Assembly: GCF_029227855.1 (NCBI RefSeq)
Contig: NZ_CP074356.1
Reading direction: 5' to 3' (one strand)
Length of the DNA stretch: 64,000 nucleotides
DNA from: Escherichia coli
GTDB taxonomy: Bacteria > Pseudomonadota > Gammaproteobacteria > Enterobacterales > Enterobacteriaceae
Shown here: positions 35,070 to 47,240 of the stretch, piece after piece
Position numbering within the stretch: position 1 is the stretch's first letter
Layout: every line of letters begins with the position of its first letter
Position numbers and translations under genes: made by a program
The notes under the pieces: model-generated
What the model was told of the DNA's origin: nothing
What the model saw: only the letters and a program-made list of their open reading frames with translations
The model's database searches: none

Positions 35070-35974
35070 TTTCCGCTTCGCTGCAACAACGTAAAACTCG
35101 CACCCGCCGCAGCATGTTGTTTGTGCCTGGTGCCAATGCCGCGATGGTCAGCAACTCCTTCATCTACCCGGCTGATGCCCTGATGTTTGACCTCGAAGAC
35201 TCCGTGGCATTGCGTGAAAAAGATACCGCCCGCCGCATGGTTTACCACGCGCTGCAACATCCGCTGTATCGCGATATTGAAACCATTGTGCGTGTAAACG
35301 CGCTGGATTCCGAATGGGGTGTTAACGACCTGGAAGCCGTCGTTCGCGGTGGTGCGGACGTTGTGCGTCTGCCGAAAACCGATACCGCTCAGGATGTTCT
35401 GGATATCGAAAAAGAGATCCTGCGTATCGAAAAAGCCTGTGGTCGTGAACCCGGCAGCACCGGCCTGCTGGCGGCGATTGAATCTCCGCTGGGGATTACC
35501 CGCGCAGTGGAAATCGCTCACGCTTCCGAGCGTTTGATCGGTATCGCCCTCGGTGCAGAAGACTATGTGCGCAACCTGCGTACAGAACGCTCCCCGGAAG
35601 GAACTGAACTGCTGTTCGCACGCTGTTCCATTTTGCAGGCCGCGCGCTCTGCGGGTATTCAGGCGTTCGATACCGTCTATTCCGACGCTAACAACGAAGC
35701 CGGATTCCTGCAAGAAGCCGCCCACATCAAACAGCTGGGCTTTGACGGCAAATCGCTGATCAACCCGCGTCAGATTGATCTGCTGCATAACCTCTACGCA
35801 CCGACCCAGAAAGAAGTGGATCACGCCCGCCGCGTCGTAGAAGCCGCTGAAGCCGCCGCTCGCGAAGGCCTCGGCGTGGTTTCCCTGAATGGCAAGATGG
35901 TGGACGGTCCGGTTATCGATCGCGCCCGTCTGGTGCTCTCCCGCGCAGAACTTTCCGGCATCCGCGAAGAATAA
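35066..35974 (+). CDS. citE: Citrate lyase beta subunit (citryl-CoA lyase)
   Basis: 302 aa HpcH/HpaI aldolase-type fold; overlaps citD stop. Confidence 0.93.
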
Positions 35975-35984
35975 GGCAATCAAA

Positions 35985-37517
35985 ATGACGCAGAAAATTG
36001 AACAATCTCAACGACAAGAACGGGTAGCGGCCTGGAATCGTCGCGCTGAATGCGATCTTGCCGCTTTCCAGAACTCGCCAAAGCAAACCTACCAGGCTGA
36101 AAAAGCGCGCGATCGCAAACTGTGCGCCAACCTGGAAGAAGCGATTCGTCGCTCGGGTTTACAGGACGGTATGACGGTTTCCTTCCATCACGCTTTCCGT
36201 GGCGGTGACCTGACCGTCAATATGGTGATGGACGTCATCGCGAAGATGGGCTTTAAAAACCTGACTCTGGCCTCCAGCTCCCTGAGTGATTGCCATGCGC
36301 CGCTGGTAGAACACATTCGCCAGGGCGTGGTTACCCGCATTTATACCTCTGGCCTGCGCGGTCCACTGGCGGAAGAAATCTCCCGTGGTCTGCTGGCGGA
36401 ACCGGTGCAAATCCACTCTCACGGCGGACGTGTGCATCTGGTACAGAGCGGCGAACTGAATATTGATGTGGCTTTCCTCGGCGTCCCGTCCTGTGATGAA
36501 TTCGGTAATGCCAACGGCTACACCGGTAAAGCCTGCTGCGGCTCCCTCGGCTATGCAATGGTTGATGCCGACAACGCGAAACAGGTTGTGATGCTCACTG
36601 AAGAACTGCTGCCTTATCCGCATAATCCGGCAAGCATTGAGCAAGATCAGGTTGATCTGATCGTCAAAGTTGATCGCGTTGGCGATGCCGCGAAAATCGG
36701 CGCTGGCGCGACCCGTATGACCACTAACCCGCGCGAACTGCTTATTGCCCGTAGCGCTGCGGATGTGATTGTCAACTCAGGCTACTTTAAAGAAGGTTTC
36801 TCCATGCAGACCGGCACCGGCGGCGCATCGCTGGCGGTAACCCGTTTCCTGGAAGACAAAATGCGTAGCCGCGATATTCGCGCCGACTTCGCCCTTGGCG
36901 GTATTACCGCAACGATGGTTGATCTGCACGAAAAAGGGCTGATCCGCAAACTGCTGGATGTACAGAGCTTTGACAGCCACGCTGCACAATCGCTGGCCCG
37001 TAACCCCAATCACATCGAAATCAGCGCCAACCAGTACGCTAACTGGGGTTCAAAAGGCGCATCGGTTGATCGTCTCGACGTGGTGGTACTGAGCGCGCTG
37101 GAAATTGACACCCAGTTCAACGTTAACGTGCTGACCGGCTCTGACGGCGTACTGCGTGGTGCTTCCGGTGGTCACTGCGATACCGCGATTGCCTCTGCGC
37201 TTTCCATCATCGTCGCGCCGCTGGTACGCGGTCGTATTCCGACTCTGGTGGATAACGTGCTGACCTGCATCACCCCGGGCTCCAGTGTCGATATTCTGGT
37301 CACTGACCACGGTATCGCAGTTAACCCGGCACGTCCGGAGCTGGCAGAACGTCTGCAGGAAGCGGGCATTAAAGTGGTTTCCATTGAGTGGCTGCGTGAA
37401 CGTGCGCGTCTGCTGACCGGTGAACCACAGCCGATTGAATTCACCGACCGCGTCGTTGCCGTTGTGCGTTACCGCGATGGCTCGGTGATCGATGTTGTGC
37501 ATCAGGTGAAGGAATAA
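35985..37517 (+). CDS. citF: Citrate lyase alpha subunit
   Basis: 510 aa from MTQKIEQSQ. Confidence 0.94.
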   Translation: MTQKIEQSQRQERVAAWNRRAECDLAAFQNSPKQTYQAEKARDRKLCANLEEAIRRSGLQDGMTVSFHHAFRGGDLTVNMVMDVIAKMGFKNLTLASSSLSDCHAPLVEHIRQGVVTRIYTSGLRGPLAEEISRGLLAEPVQIHSHGGRVHLVQSGELNIDVAFLGVPSCDEFGNANGYTGKACCGSLGYAMVDADNAKQVVMLTEELLPYPHNPASIEQDQVDLIVKVDRVGDAAKIGAGATRMTTNPRELLIARSAADVIVNSGYFKEGFSMQTGTGGASLAVTRFLEDKMRSRDIRADFALGGITATMVDLHEKGLIRKLLDVQSFDSHAAQSLARNPNHIEISANQYANWGSKGASVDRLDVVVLSALEIDTQFNVNVLTGSDGVLRGASGGHCDTAIASALSIIVAPLVRGRIPTLVDNVLTCITPGSSVDILVTDHGIAVNPARPELAERLQEAGIKVVSIEWLRERARLLTGEPQPIEFTDRVVAVVRYRDGSVIDVVHQVKE

Positions 37518-37520
37518 GCC

Positions 37521-38925
<1,405 letters not shown>

Positions 38926-38974
38926 TAATTTAAGCACTTGATAAAATTGGAATATTAATTGTCGGAGAACCCGT

Positions 38975-40438
38975 ATGTCTTTAGCAAAAGATAATATATG
39001 GAAATTATTGGCGCCCCTGGTGGTGATGGGTGTCATGTTTCTTATCCCTGTACCTGACGGTATGCCGCCGCAGGCGTGGCATTACTTTGCAGTGTTTGTG
39101 GCAATGATTGTCGGCATGATCCTCGAGCCAATTCCGGCAACGGCGATCAGTTTTATTGCGGTTACTATTTGCGTTATTGGCAGTAATTACCTGCTCTTTG
39201 ATGCCAAAGAATTAGCTGACCCAGCGTTTAATGCGCAAAAACAGGCGCTGAAATGGGGTCTGGCTGGTTTTTCCAGCACCACGGTATGGCTGGTATTTGG
39301 CGCATTTATTTTTGCATTAGGGTATGAAGTTTCCGGGTTAGGCCGTCGTATTGCCCTTTTCCTGGTGAAATTCATGGGCAAACGCACGCTGACGTTGGGT
39401 TATGCGATTGTCATTATCGACATTCTGCTGGCACCGTTTACACCGTCCAACACCGCGCGTACCGGGGGTACGGTTTTTCCGGTCATTAAAAACCTGCCGC
39501 CGCTGTTTAAATCATTCCCGAACGATCCGTCCGCGCGTCGTATTGGCGGCTATTTGATGTGGATGATGGTCATTAGTACCAGTCTGAGTTCGTCCATGTT
39601 TGTCACCGGTGCGGCACCAAACGTACTGGGTCTGGAGTTCGTCAGCAAAATTGCCGGTATCCAGATTAGCTGGTTGCAGTGGTTCCTCTGCTTCCTGCCG
39701 GTTGGGGTTATCTTGCTTATCATTGCGCCGTGGCTTTCCTACGTGCTGTACAAACCGGAAATCACACACAGTGAAGAAGTGGCAACCTGGGCGGGTGATG
39801 AACTAAAAACCATGGGTGCGCTGACACGCAGAGAGTGGACGCTGATTGGTCTTGTATTGCTCAGCTTAGGTTTGTGGGTATTTGGCAGTGAAGTCATTAA
39901 TGCTACTGCGGTAGGTCTGCTGGCAGTTTCGCTAATGTTGGCCCTGCACGTTGTGCCGTGGAAAGACATTACCCGCTATAACAGCGCATGGAACACACTG
40001 GTCAACCTGGCAACTCTGGTTGTGATGGCTAATGGCCTGACTCGTTCTGGTTTTATTGACTGGTTCGCCGGTACCATGAGTACGCACCTGGAAGGCTTCT
40101 CACCAAACGCAACGGTGATTGTACTGGTTCTGGTGTTCTACTTTGCGCACTACCTGTTTGCCAGCCTGTCTGCGCACACCGCAACCATGCTGCCGGTTAT
40201 TCTGGCCGTCGGTAAAGGTATTCCGGGCGTACCAATGGAACAACTGTGTATCCTGCTGGTGCTGTCTATCGGTATCATGGGCTGTCTGACGCCGTATGCA
40301 ACCGGTCCTGGGGTGATTATTTACGGCTGTGGCTATGTGAAATCAAAAGATTACTGGCGACTTGGTGCAATCTTCGGGGTGATTTACATCTCTATGCTGC
40401 TGTTGGTTGGCTGGCCGATTCTCGCCATGTGGAACTAA
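38975..40438 (+). CDS. citT: Citrate:succinate antiporter CitT
   Basis: 487 aa DASS-family transporter. Confidence 0.95.
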   Translation: MSLAKDNIWKLLAPLVVMGVMFLIPVPDGMPPQAWHYFAVFVAMIVGMILEPIPATAISFIAVTICVIGSNYLLFDAKELADPAFNAQKQALKWGLAGFSSTTVWLVFGAFIFALGYEVSGLGRRIALFLVKFMGKRTLTLGYAIVIIDILLAPFTPSNTARTGGTVFPVIKNLPPLFKSFPNDPSARRIGGYLMWMMVISTSLSSSMFVTGAAPNVLGLEFVSKIAGIQISWLQWFLCFLPVGVILLIIAPWLSYVLYKPEITHSEEVATWAGDELKTMGALTRREWTLIGLVLLSLGLWVFGSEVINATAVGLLAVSLMLALHVVPWKDITRYNSAWNTLVNLATLVVMANGLTRSGFIDWFAGTMSTHLEGFSPNATVIVLVLVFYFAHYLFASLSAHTATMLPVILAVGKGIPGVPMEQLCILLVLSIGIMGCLTPYATGPGVIIYGCGYVKSKDYWRLGAIFGVIYISMLLLVGWPILAMWN

Positions 40439-40469
40439 TACGTTCGCCAAACGCTGAATAAATCATCAC

Positions 40470-40503
40470 GCCCGCCAGGTAAGCCCACCTGGCGGGCTTT
40501 TTT
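40470..40503 (+). terminator. Intrinsic terminator after citT
   Basis: gcccgccaggt-aagccc-acctggcgggc then tttttt. Confidence 0.8.
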
Positions 40504-40551
40504 ATGATTTAATAGATAGTATTCAGTGTATGTATGAGTTCCACACCCATT

Positions 40552-41358
40552 ATGAAAGCATTCTGGCGTAACGCCGCGTTGCTCGCGGTTTCTCTGCTTC
40601 CCTTCTCTTCTGCCAACGCCGTGGCGTTGCAGGCAAAACAGTATGGCGATTTTGATCGCTATGTCCTGGCCCTCTCCTGGCAAACCGGATTTTGCCAGAG
40701 TCAACACGATCGAAATCGTAACGAACGAGATGAATGTCGCCTGCAAACCGAAACGACCAACAAAGCTGATTTTCTGACCGTACATGGTCTATGGCCAGGA
40801 TTGCCTAAATCGGTTGCTGCCCGTGGTGTTGATGAACGCCGCTGGATGCGCTTCGGTTGCGCTACTCGCCCAATCCCGAATCTACCAGAAGCGCGCGCCA
40901 GCCGAATGTGTTCATCGCCGGAAACCGGGTTATCGCTGGAAACGGCCGCTAAACTAAGTGAAGTCATGCCAGGAGCTGGCGGACGTTCCTGCCTGGAACG
41001 CTACGAATATGCCAAACACGGTGCCTGCTTTGGTTTTGATCCAGACGCATACTTCGGCACGATGGTACGCCTGAATCAAGAAGTTAAAGAGAGCGAAGCC
41101 GGAAAATTCCTTGCGGATAACTACGGTAACACAGTGAGCCGCCGTGACTTTGATGCCGCCTTTGCCAAAAGCTGGGGAAAAGAGAACGTGAAAGCAGTTA
41201 AGCTAACGTGCCAGGGTAACCCTGCGTATTTGACTGAAATTCAGATCTCGATCAAAGCTGACGCCATCAACGCTCCGCTTTCTGCCAACTCATTCTTGCC
41301 ACAACCACACCCAGGCAACTGTGGCAAAACCTTTGTGATTGATAAAGCAGGTTATTAA
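40552..41358 (+). CDS. rna: Periplasmic ribonuclease I (RNase T2 family)
   Basis: 268 aa from MKAFWRNAALLAVSLLPFSSANA (signal peptide); conserved His-containing motif TVHGLWPG. Confidence 0.93.
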   Translation: MKAFWRNAALLAVSLLPFSSANAVALQAKQYGDFDRYVLALSWQTGFCQSQHDRNRNERDECRLQTETTNKADFLTVHGLWPGLPKSVAARGVDERRWMRFGCATRPIPNLPEARASRMCSSPETGLSLETAAKLSEVMPGAGGRSCLERYEYAKHGACFGFDPDAYFGTMVRLNQEVKESEAGKFLADNYGNTVSRRDFDAAFAKSWGKENVKAVKLTCQGNPAYLTEIQISIKADAINAPLSANSFLPQPHPGNCGKTFVIDKAGY

Positions 41359-41504
41359 TCCTCTGATTTACAAAACACGCTAATTCGTCTTCCATAAACC
41401 ATGACGATTAAGATTTATACATAATGCGCTACATTGAGGAATTCCCTGAATGTGACGCAAATCACTTCAAAGAGTGAGCAACAGTCAGTATCATCATGTG
41501 AGTT

Positions 41505-41537
41505 AAACCCTCGCCGCCTGACGGTGAGGGTTTTCTT
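41505..41537 (+). terminator. Probable native rna terminator just upstream of the IS200 left end
   Basis: aaaccctcgccg-cctga-cggtgagggttt followed by tcttg. Confidence 0.55.
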
Positions 41538-42246
41538 GTGCACAGAAAACCCCCAGCTAGGCTGGGGGTTCCGGAAAGCTTTCAGCTTTGAGCCTGTTAT
41601 TAAAACCCCTTTTGATTTGTTAAAACACCTTGCGGTCTGGCAACTGCAAGTGTCAAACAAGAAATCAAAAGGGGGTCCCAATGGGGAACGAAAAGAGCTT
41701 AGCGCACACCCGATGGAACTGTAAATATCACATAGTTTTTGCGCCAAAATACCGAAGACAGGTGTTCTACAGAGAGAAGCGTAGAGCAATAGGCAGTATT
41801 TTGAGAAAGCTGTGTGAGTGGAAAAGCGTACGGATTCTGGAAGCTGAATGCTGTGCAGATCATATCCATATGCTTGTGGAGATCCCGCCTAAAATGAGCG
41901 TATCCGGGTTTATGGGATATCTGAAAGGGAAAAGCAGTCTGATGCTTTACGAGCAGTTTGGTGATTTGAAATTCAAATACAGGAACAGGGAGTTCTGGTG
42001 CAGAGGGTACTACGTCGATACAGTGGGTAAGAACACGGCGAAGATACAGGATTACACAAAGCACCAGCTTGAAGAGGATAAAATGGGAGAGCAGTTATCG
42101 ATTCCCTATCCGGGCAGCCCGTTTACGGGCCGTAAGTAACGAAGTTGGATGCAAATGTCAGATCGTGTGCGCCTGTTAGGGCGCGGCTGGTAAGAGAGCC
42201 TTATAGGCGCATTTGAAAAACCTCCGGCTATGCCGGAGGATATTTA
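41538..42246 (+). mobile_element. IS200-family insertion sequence (IS200/IS605 family), boundaries approximate
   Basis: Single Y1 HUH transposase ORF with left-end hairpin (41549..41569), 69-nt stem sequestering the tnpA RBS (41606..41674) and right-end hairpin (42221..42239); about 709 bp, no terminal inverted repeats. Confidence 0.6.
41681..42139 (+). CDS. tnpA: IS200 transposase TnpA (HUH single-strand transposase)
   Basis: 152 aa; HuH motif (DHIHMLV) and C-terminal Tyr region; aaaggggg RBS. Confidence 0.93.
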   Translation: MGNEKSLAHTRWNCKYHIVFAPKYRRQVFYREKRRAIGSILRKLCEWKSVRILEAECCADHIHMLVEIPPKMSVSGFMGYLKGKSSLMLYEQFGDLKFKYRNREFWCRGYYVDTVGKNTAKIQDYTKHQLEEDKMGEQLSIPYPGSPFTGRK

Positions 42247-42299
42247 TTTTTGGGTATGTTTATCTGCGACACTCGCAGTACCGACGACATGGAGTAAAA

Positions 42300-42710
42300 A
42301 TGTCCAGACCAACTATCATCATTAACGACCTGGATGCCGAACGCATCGATATTCTGCTGGAGCAACCCGCCTATGCTGGTTTGCCAATCGCCGACGCGTT
42401 AAACGCAGAGTTGGATCGCGCCCAAATGTGTTCGCCAGAAGAGATGCCACACGACGTGGTGACAATGAACAGCCGGGTTAAATTCCGCAATCTTAGCGAT
42501 GGCGAAGTGCGTGTGCGCACGCTGGTGTATCCGGCAAAAATGACCGACAGCAATACTCAGCTTTCCGTTATGGCTCCGGTAGGTGCCGCACTGCTGGGGC
42601 TGCGCGTTGGCGATTCCATTCACTGGGAACTTCCGGGCGGCGTTGCAACCCACCTTGAAGTGCTGGAACTCGAATACCAGCCAGAAGCTGCTGGCGACTA
42701 CCTGCTTTAA
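42300..42710 (+). CDS. rnk: Regulator of nucleoside diphosphate kinase Rnk (GreA/GreB-like)
   Basis: 136 aa from [12 protein letters not shown]; ggag RBS. Confidence 0.93.
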
Positions 42711-42743
42711 TCCCATCTGCACAAGCGATAACTCGCTTTGCCC

Positions 42744-42770
42744 AGAGGATGCACTCGCATCCTCTTTTCG
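42744..42770 (+). terminator. Intrinsic terminator after rnk
   Basis: agaggatgc-actc-gcatcctct followed by tttcgc. Confidence 0.7.
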
Positions 42771-42852
42771 CTCAAATATCAACCAGATTTATCATTTTGC
42801 TCTTAAGCGCAGCATTCTAATCTGAACTGGTTATTCATCTGCGGAACCTCAT

Positions 42853-42942
42853 ATGAGCGAAGCTCTCGGTATCACTGCATTTTATATATTCATAGCCGCG
42901 ATTATTGTTGCTGCAGTGCTATACCTTGAACAACGCTGGTAG
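42853..42942 (+). CDS. Candidate 29-aa hydrophobic small ORF (MSEALGITAFYIFIAAIIVAAVLYLEQRW)
   Basis: ATG-to-TAG ORF below the 60-aa track threshold; single predicted TM helix; weak RBS; no independent support. Confidence 0.25.
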   Translation: MSEALGITAFYIFIAAIIVAAVLYLEQRW

Positions 42943-43065
42943 CGCCTGGTTTTATTTATTTTCCAGCTCAATAGCAAATTCAGATCAAATCAGCCTCGCA
43001 AATCATAGATTCATAACCAATAATGTGCTGTTATGTATACATGCAAAAACAAGGAGAGAATGCTT

Positions 43066-43494
43066 ATGTACAAGACAATCATCATGCCAGTGGATGTTTT
43101 CGAAATGGAATTGAGCGACAAAGCTGTTCGCCACGCTGAATTCCTCGCCCAGGATGACGGAGTTATTCATCTACTTCACGTACTACCCGGGTCAGCCAGC
43201 CTGAGCCTGCACCGTTTTGCCGCTGATGTGCGTCGTTTTGAAGAGCATCTGCAACATGAAGCAGAAGAACGTCTGCAAACGATGGTCAGCCACTTCACCA
43301 TCGATCCTTCCCGCATTAAGCAACATGTCCGTTTTGGTAGCGTGCGGGATGAAGTCAATGAGTTGGCAGAAGAACTGGGGGCTGATGTTGTAGTTATCGG
43401 TTCGCGCAACCCTTCGATTTCGACCCATCTGTTAGGTTCTAACGCCTCGAGCGTGATCCGCCACGCCAATCTGCCGGTGCTGGTTGTGCGTTAA
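43066..43494 (+). CDS. uspG: Universal stress protein UspG
   Basis: 142 aa from [10 protein letters not shown]; aaggagag RBS. Confidence 0.93.
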   Translation: MYKTIIMPVDVFEMELSDKAVRHAEFLAQDDGVIHLLHVLPGSASLSLHRFAADVRRFEEHLQHEAEERLQTMVSHFTIDPSRIKQHVRFGSVRDEVNELAEELGADVVVIGSRNPSISTHLLGSNASSVIRHANLPVLVVR

Positions 43495-43509
43495 TTGCCA
43501 GAATAAATA

Positions 43510-43548
43510 TCCCGCCCTGCCCGGAGCCATCCCGGCGGGGCTTTTTAT
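43510..43548 (+). terminator. Intrinsic terminator after uspG
   Basis: cccgcc...ggcgggg hairpin followed by cttttt. Confidence 0.55.
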
Positions 43549-43553
43549 TGCCA

Positions 43554-43590
43554 TAAAAAAGCCGCCAGGTTTGACCCCGGCGGCTAAGCA
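43554..43590 (-). terminator. Intrinsic terminator after ahpF
   Basis: Minus-strand hairpin agccgccgggg...cctggcggct followed by tttttt. Confidence 0.6.
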
Positions 43591-43614
43591 ATTGCAGGTG
43601 AATCTTACTTCTTC

Positions 43615-45180
43615 TTATGCTGTTTTGGTGCGAATCAGGTAGTCAAAAGCACTCAGAGAGGCTTTGGCACCTTCGCCAGTGGCGATGATGATCTGCTTGT
43701 ACGGAACCGTTGTACAGTCACCCGCTGCGAACACGCCTTTCACGTTGGTTTCGCATTTCGCATCAATGATAATCTCGCCCATGCGGTTACGTTCGACTGC
43801 GCCTTCGAGCCAGTTGGTGTTCGGCAGCAGACCAATCTGCACGAAAATACCGGCCAGTTCGATGTTGTGAATATCGCCGCTGACACGATCGCGATATTCC
43901 AGACCAACGACTTTGCTGCCGTCGCCTTTCACTTCCGTGGTTTGCGCATTCAGAATAATGTCGACGTTTTTCAGGCTGCGCAGTTTGTCCTGCAGAACCT
44001 GGTCGGCTTTCATTTCTGGCGCAAATTCCAGCAGAGTTACGTGCTCAACGATACCCGCCAGGTCGATTGCTGCTTCCACGCCGGAGTTACCGCCGCCGAT
44101 AACCGCTACGCGTTTACCTTTAAACAGCGGGCCGTCGCAGTGCGGGCAGTAGGTCACGCCTTTGGTGCGATACTGATCTTCGCCCGGAACGTTCATGTTG
44201 CGCCATTTTGCACCGGTCGCCACGATAATGCTGCGCGCTTTCAGTACCGCGCCGGAAGCTGTTTCAATCTGATGCAGGCCACCTTCAACCGCTGCCGGGA
44301 TCAGTTTGCTGGCGCTCTGGCTGTCGATCACATCAACATCGTATTCATCAACGTGAACTTTCAGTGCCCCTGCCAGCTTCTGCCCTTCGGTCTTCGGTAC
44401 AGAAATGTAGTTTTCGATATCAACGGTATCGAGGATCTGACCACCAAAACGTTCGCCCATCAAACCAGTACGGATACCTTTACGTGCGGAGTAAATTGCT
44501 GCCGCTGCACCCGCCGGGCCGGAACCGACGATTAATACGTCATAAGCATCACGCTTGTTCAGCTCTTCTGCCGCACGTTTTTCCGCGCCAGTATCAATTT
44601 TGGCGACGATTTCAGTCAACGTCATGCGACCCTGACCAAACTCTTTCCCGTTTACGAACACTGCCGGAACGCCCATCACGTTGCGATCGGTGATTTCGTT
44701 CTGGAAGGTGCCGCCGTCAATTGCAGTGTGCTTGATGCGCGGGTTCAGTACGCTCATCAGGTTCAGCGCCTGCACCACGTCCGGGCAGTTGTGGCAAGAG
44801 AGCGAGTAATAGGTTTCGAATTCAAAATCACCGTCAATATGGCGAATCTGCTCCAGCAGAGACTGCGCTTCTTTCGACGGATGACCACCGGTCCACAACA
44901 ACGCCAGTACCAGCGAGGTAAACTCGTGGCCCAGCGGGGAACCTGCAAAACGTGGCCCCTGGTTAGAACCTGGGTTAGTGATCAGGAAAGACGGCTTACG
45001 CACCGGCAAGCTGTTATCTTCTTTAAAGGTGACTTTGTCTGACAGTTCTGCGATTTCAGCCAACAGTTCCTTGATTTCTGCCGATTTAGCGCTGTCATCC
45101 AGCGTGGCAATTAACTCAACAGGCTTGGTCAATTTCTCAAGGTAAGCCTTGAGTTGAGTTTTCATATTTGTGTCGAGCAT
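43615..45180 (-). CDS. ahpF: Alkyl hydroperoxide reductase subunit F
   Basis: 521 aa from [10 protein letters not shown]; two redox CxxC centres (CHNCP, CPHCDGP) and FAD/NAD-binding GxGxxG. Confidence 0.95.
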
Positions 45181-45350
45181 GTTTATCTCCTGGGCTTTAA
45201 ACATCATCATGCAAGCGGCCTCTGCGGCTACCTGGATGCAGCTTGCATCATGGTGCGGGGAAGAAAATCGGGTGCCGCAGCACCCGAAGAATTAGGTGAA
45301 TTTCCGAAGTATTTCGCGCCGGAGTTGGTAGCGCGAAAGACGAAGGAAAT

Positions 45351-45914
45351 TTAGATTTTACCAACCAGGTCCAGAGACGGAGCCAGAGTTGCTTCACCTT
45401 CTTTCCATTTAGCCGGGCAAACTTCACCTGGGTGAGAAGCTACGTACTGTGCTGCTTTGATTTTACGCAGCAGGTCAGACGCGTCACGGCCAATGCCTTC
45501 AGCGGTAACTTCGATTGCCTGGATGATACCCTGCGGGTCAACAACGAAGGTCGCACGGTCAGCCAGACCTTCATCTTCACGCATGTTGTCGAAGTTACGG
45601 GTCAGGGCGCCAGTCGGGTCGCCGATCATCGCATATTTGATTTTAGCGATGGTTTCAGAGCTGCTGTGCCATGCTTTGTGGGTGAAGTGAGTATCGGTAG
45701 ATACTGCGTATACGTCTACGCCCAGTTTCTGCAGTTCTTCGTAGTGGTCAGCAACGTCACCCAGTTCGGTCGGGCATACGAAAGTAAAGTCAGCCGGGTA
45801 GAAGAAGAAGACGCTCCAGCGGCCTTCGGTATCTTTTTCGGTGATTTCGATGAATTCGCCGTTTTTGAATGCCTGGTTTTTAAAAGGTTTAATTTTGGTG
45901 TTAATCAAGGACAT
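45351..45914 (-). CDS. ahpC: Alkyl hydroperoxide reductase subunit C (2-Cys peroxiredoxin)
   Basis: 187 aa; peroxidatic Cys in FTFVCPTE and resolving Cys near C-terminus. Confidence 0.96.
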   Translation of the reverse strand: MSLINTKIKPFKNQAFKNGEFIEITEKDTEGRWSVFFFYPADFTFVCPTELGDVADHYEELQKLGVDVYAVSTDTHFTHKAWHSSSETIAKIKYAMIGDPTGALTRNFDNMREDEGLADRATFVVDPQGIIQAIEVTAEGIGRDASDLLRKIKAAQYVASHPGEVCPAKWKEGEATLAPSLDLVGKI

Positions 45915-46285
45915 CTATACTTCCTCCGTGTTTTCGATGAGATGTAAGGTAACCAATTTTTGCCGATTCGGCTAATGCGTTTCCATTATCAAATCGATAA
46001 GTTTTACCTTACAACCTTCGTAAGACAACTTTGTGAACTTTGCACCGCCAGCGGCGATAAAAAGTAAAATGGCCCCCTTTCCAGGTGACCGTGTAATCTG
46101 AACTACCCTTTGGTATCTTCAGCGCCTGCCTGCAGGCTGAGGTGTTGCCCTTACAAATGCAACAACGACATGGATTACAACACCCTCATAAACAAAGGGC
46201 AATCACCTGATCTAAGCTCTTACCTATGACAGTGATAGGTTATGCCTTTTACCCGACTTTTGCACTGACTGAAAAGGACAAATTA

Positions 46286-47032
46286 ATGTTAAAAAAGATA
46301 CTTTTACTGGCTCTGCTTCCTGCAATCGCCTTCGCAGAGGAACTTCCTGATCCAGTAAAAGCGATTGAAAAACAGGGTATTACGATCATCAAAACATTCG
46401 ATGCTCCCGGAGGAATGAAAGGTTATCTCGGAAAGTATCAGGATATGGGCGTCACCATCTACCTGACTCCAGATGGTAAGCACGCTATCTCCGGTTACAT
46501 GTACAACGAGAAAGGTGAAAACCTGAGTAACACACTTATCGAAAAAGAAATTTACGCACCAGCCGGACGCGAAATGTGGCAACGGATGGAACAATCCCAC
46601 TGGCTCCTCGACGGTAAAAAAGATGCGCCGGTCATTGTCTACGTCTTCGCCGATCCTTTCTGCCCATATTGTAAACAGTTCTGGCAGCAGGCTCGTCCGT
46701 GGGTAGATTCTGGCAAAGTGCAATTAAGAACATTGTTGGTTGGCGTTATCAAGCCAGAAAGCCCGGCGACAGCAGCGGCAATTCTTGCCGCCAAAGATCC
46801 CGCAAAAACCTGGCAAGAATATGAAGCCTCTGGTGGCAAGCTTAAGCTAAACGTGCCTGCAAACGTAAGTACAGAGCAAATGAAAGTGTTAAGCGATAAC
46901 GAGAAACTGATGGACGATCTGGGGGCAAATGTCACGCCAGCTATCTATTACATGAGTAAGGAAAATACACTGCAACAGGCCGTGGGGTTGCCCGATCAGA
47001 AAACGCTTAATATCATTATGGGGAATAAATAA
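46286..47032 (+). CDS. dsbG: Periplasmic thiol:disulfide oxidoreductase DsbG
   Basis: 248 aa from [17 protein letters not shown]; CPYC active site; in-frame upstream ATG at 46226. Confidence 0.92.
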   Translation: MLKKILLLALLPAIAFAEELPDPVKAIEKQGITIIKTFDAPGGMKGYLGKYQDMGVTIYLTPDGKHAISGYMYNEKGENLSNTLIEKEIYAPAGREMWQRMEQSHWLLDGKKDAPVIVYVFADPFCPYCKQFWQQARPWVDSGKVQLRTLLVGVIKPESPATAAAILAAKDPAKTWQEYEASGGKLKLNVPANVSTEQMKVLSDNEKLMDDLGANVTPAIYYMSKENTLQQAVGLPDQKTLNIIMGNK

Positions 47033-47240
47033 AAGATAATTCATGGATGGTTGAACTATATCCCTGCTTTTCAACCATCCTAAAAAAGCATGAATTGCTC
47101 GCTCTGCCCTAAGTGGCTGTGCTATTTTAGTAAAACTTAATCCTGAGTTAAGCAAAAAAACATAATCAATAAAAATATATACGCAAAAAACATTGATTAA
47201 GTGAATATACCATGGAAGAAAAATATAACCGGAGTAGTGT

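Noticed and set aside
34937-35983. 348-codon antisense ORF across citE, plus similar antisense ORFs across mrdA (18219..19019), ahpF (43867..44535), lipA (25253..25822), entB (56320..56910) and cstA (53478..53969)
   Set aside because: Each overlaps a well-supported sense gene; the translations are low-complexity and Arg/His-rich, typical of antisense frames, with no start context.
45181-45350. Possible small ORF or sRNA in the ahpC-ahpF spacer
   Set aside because: The 170-bp spacer contains nested inverted repeats consistent with an intra-operon attenuator or processing structure; there is no convincing ORF with an RBS.
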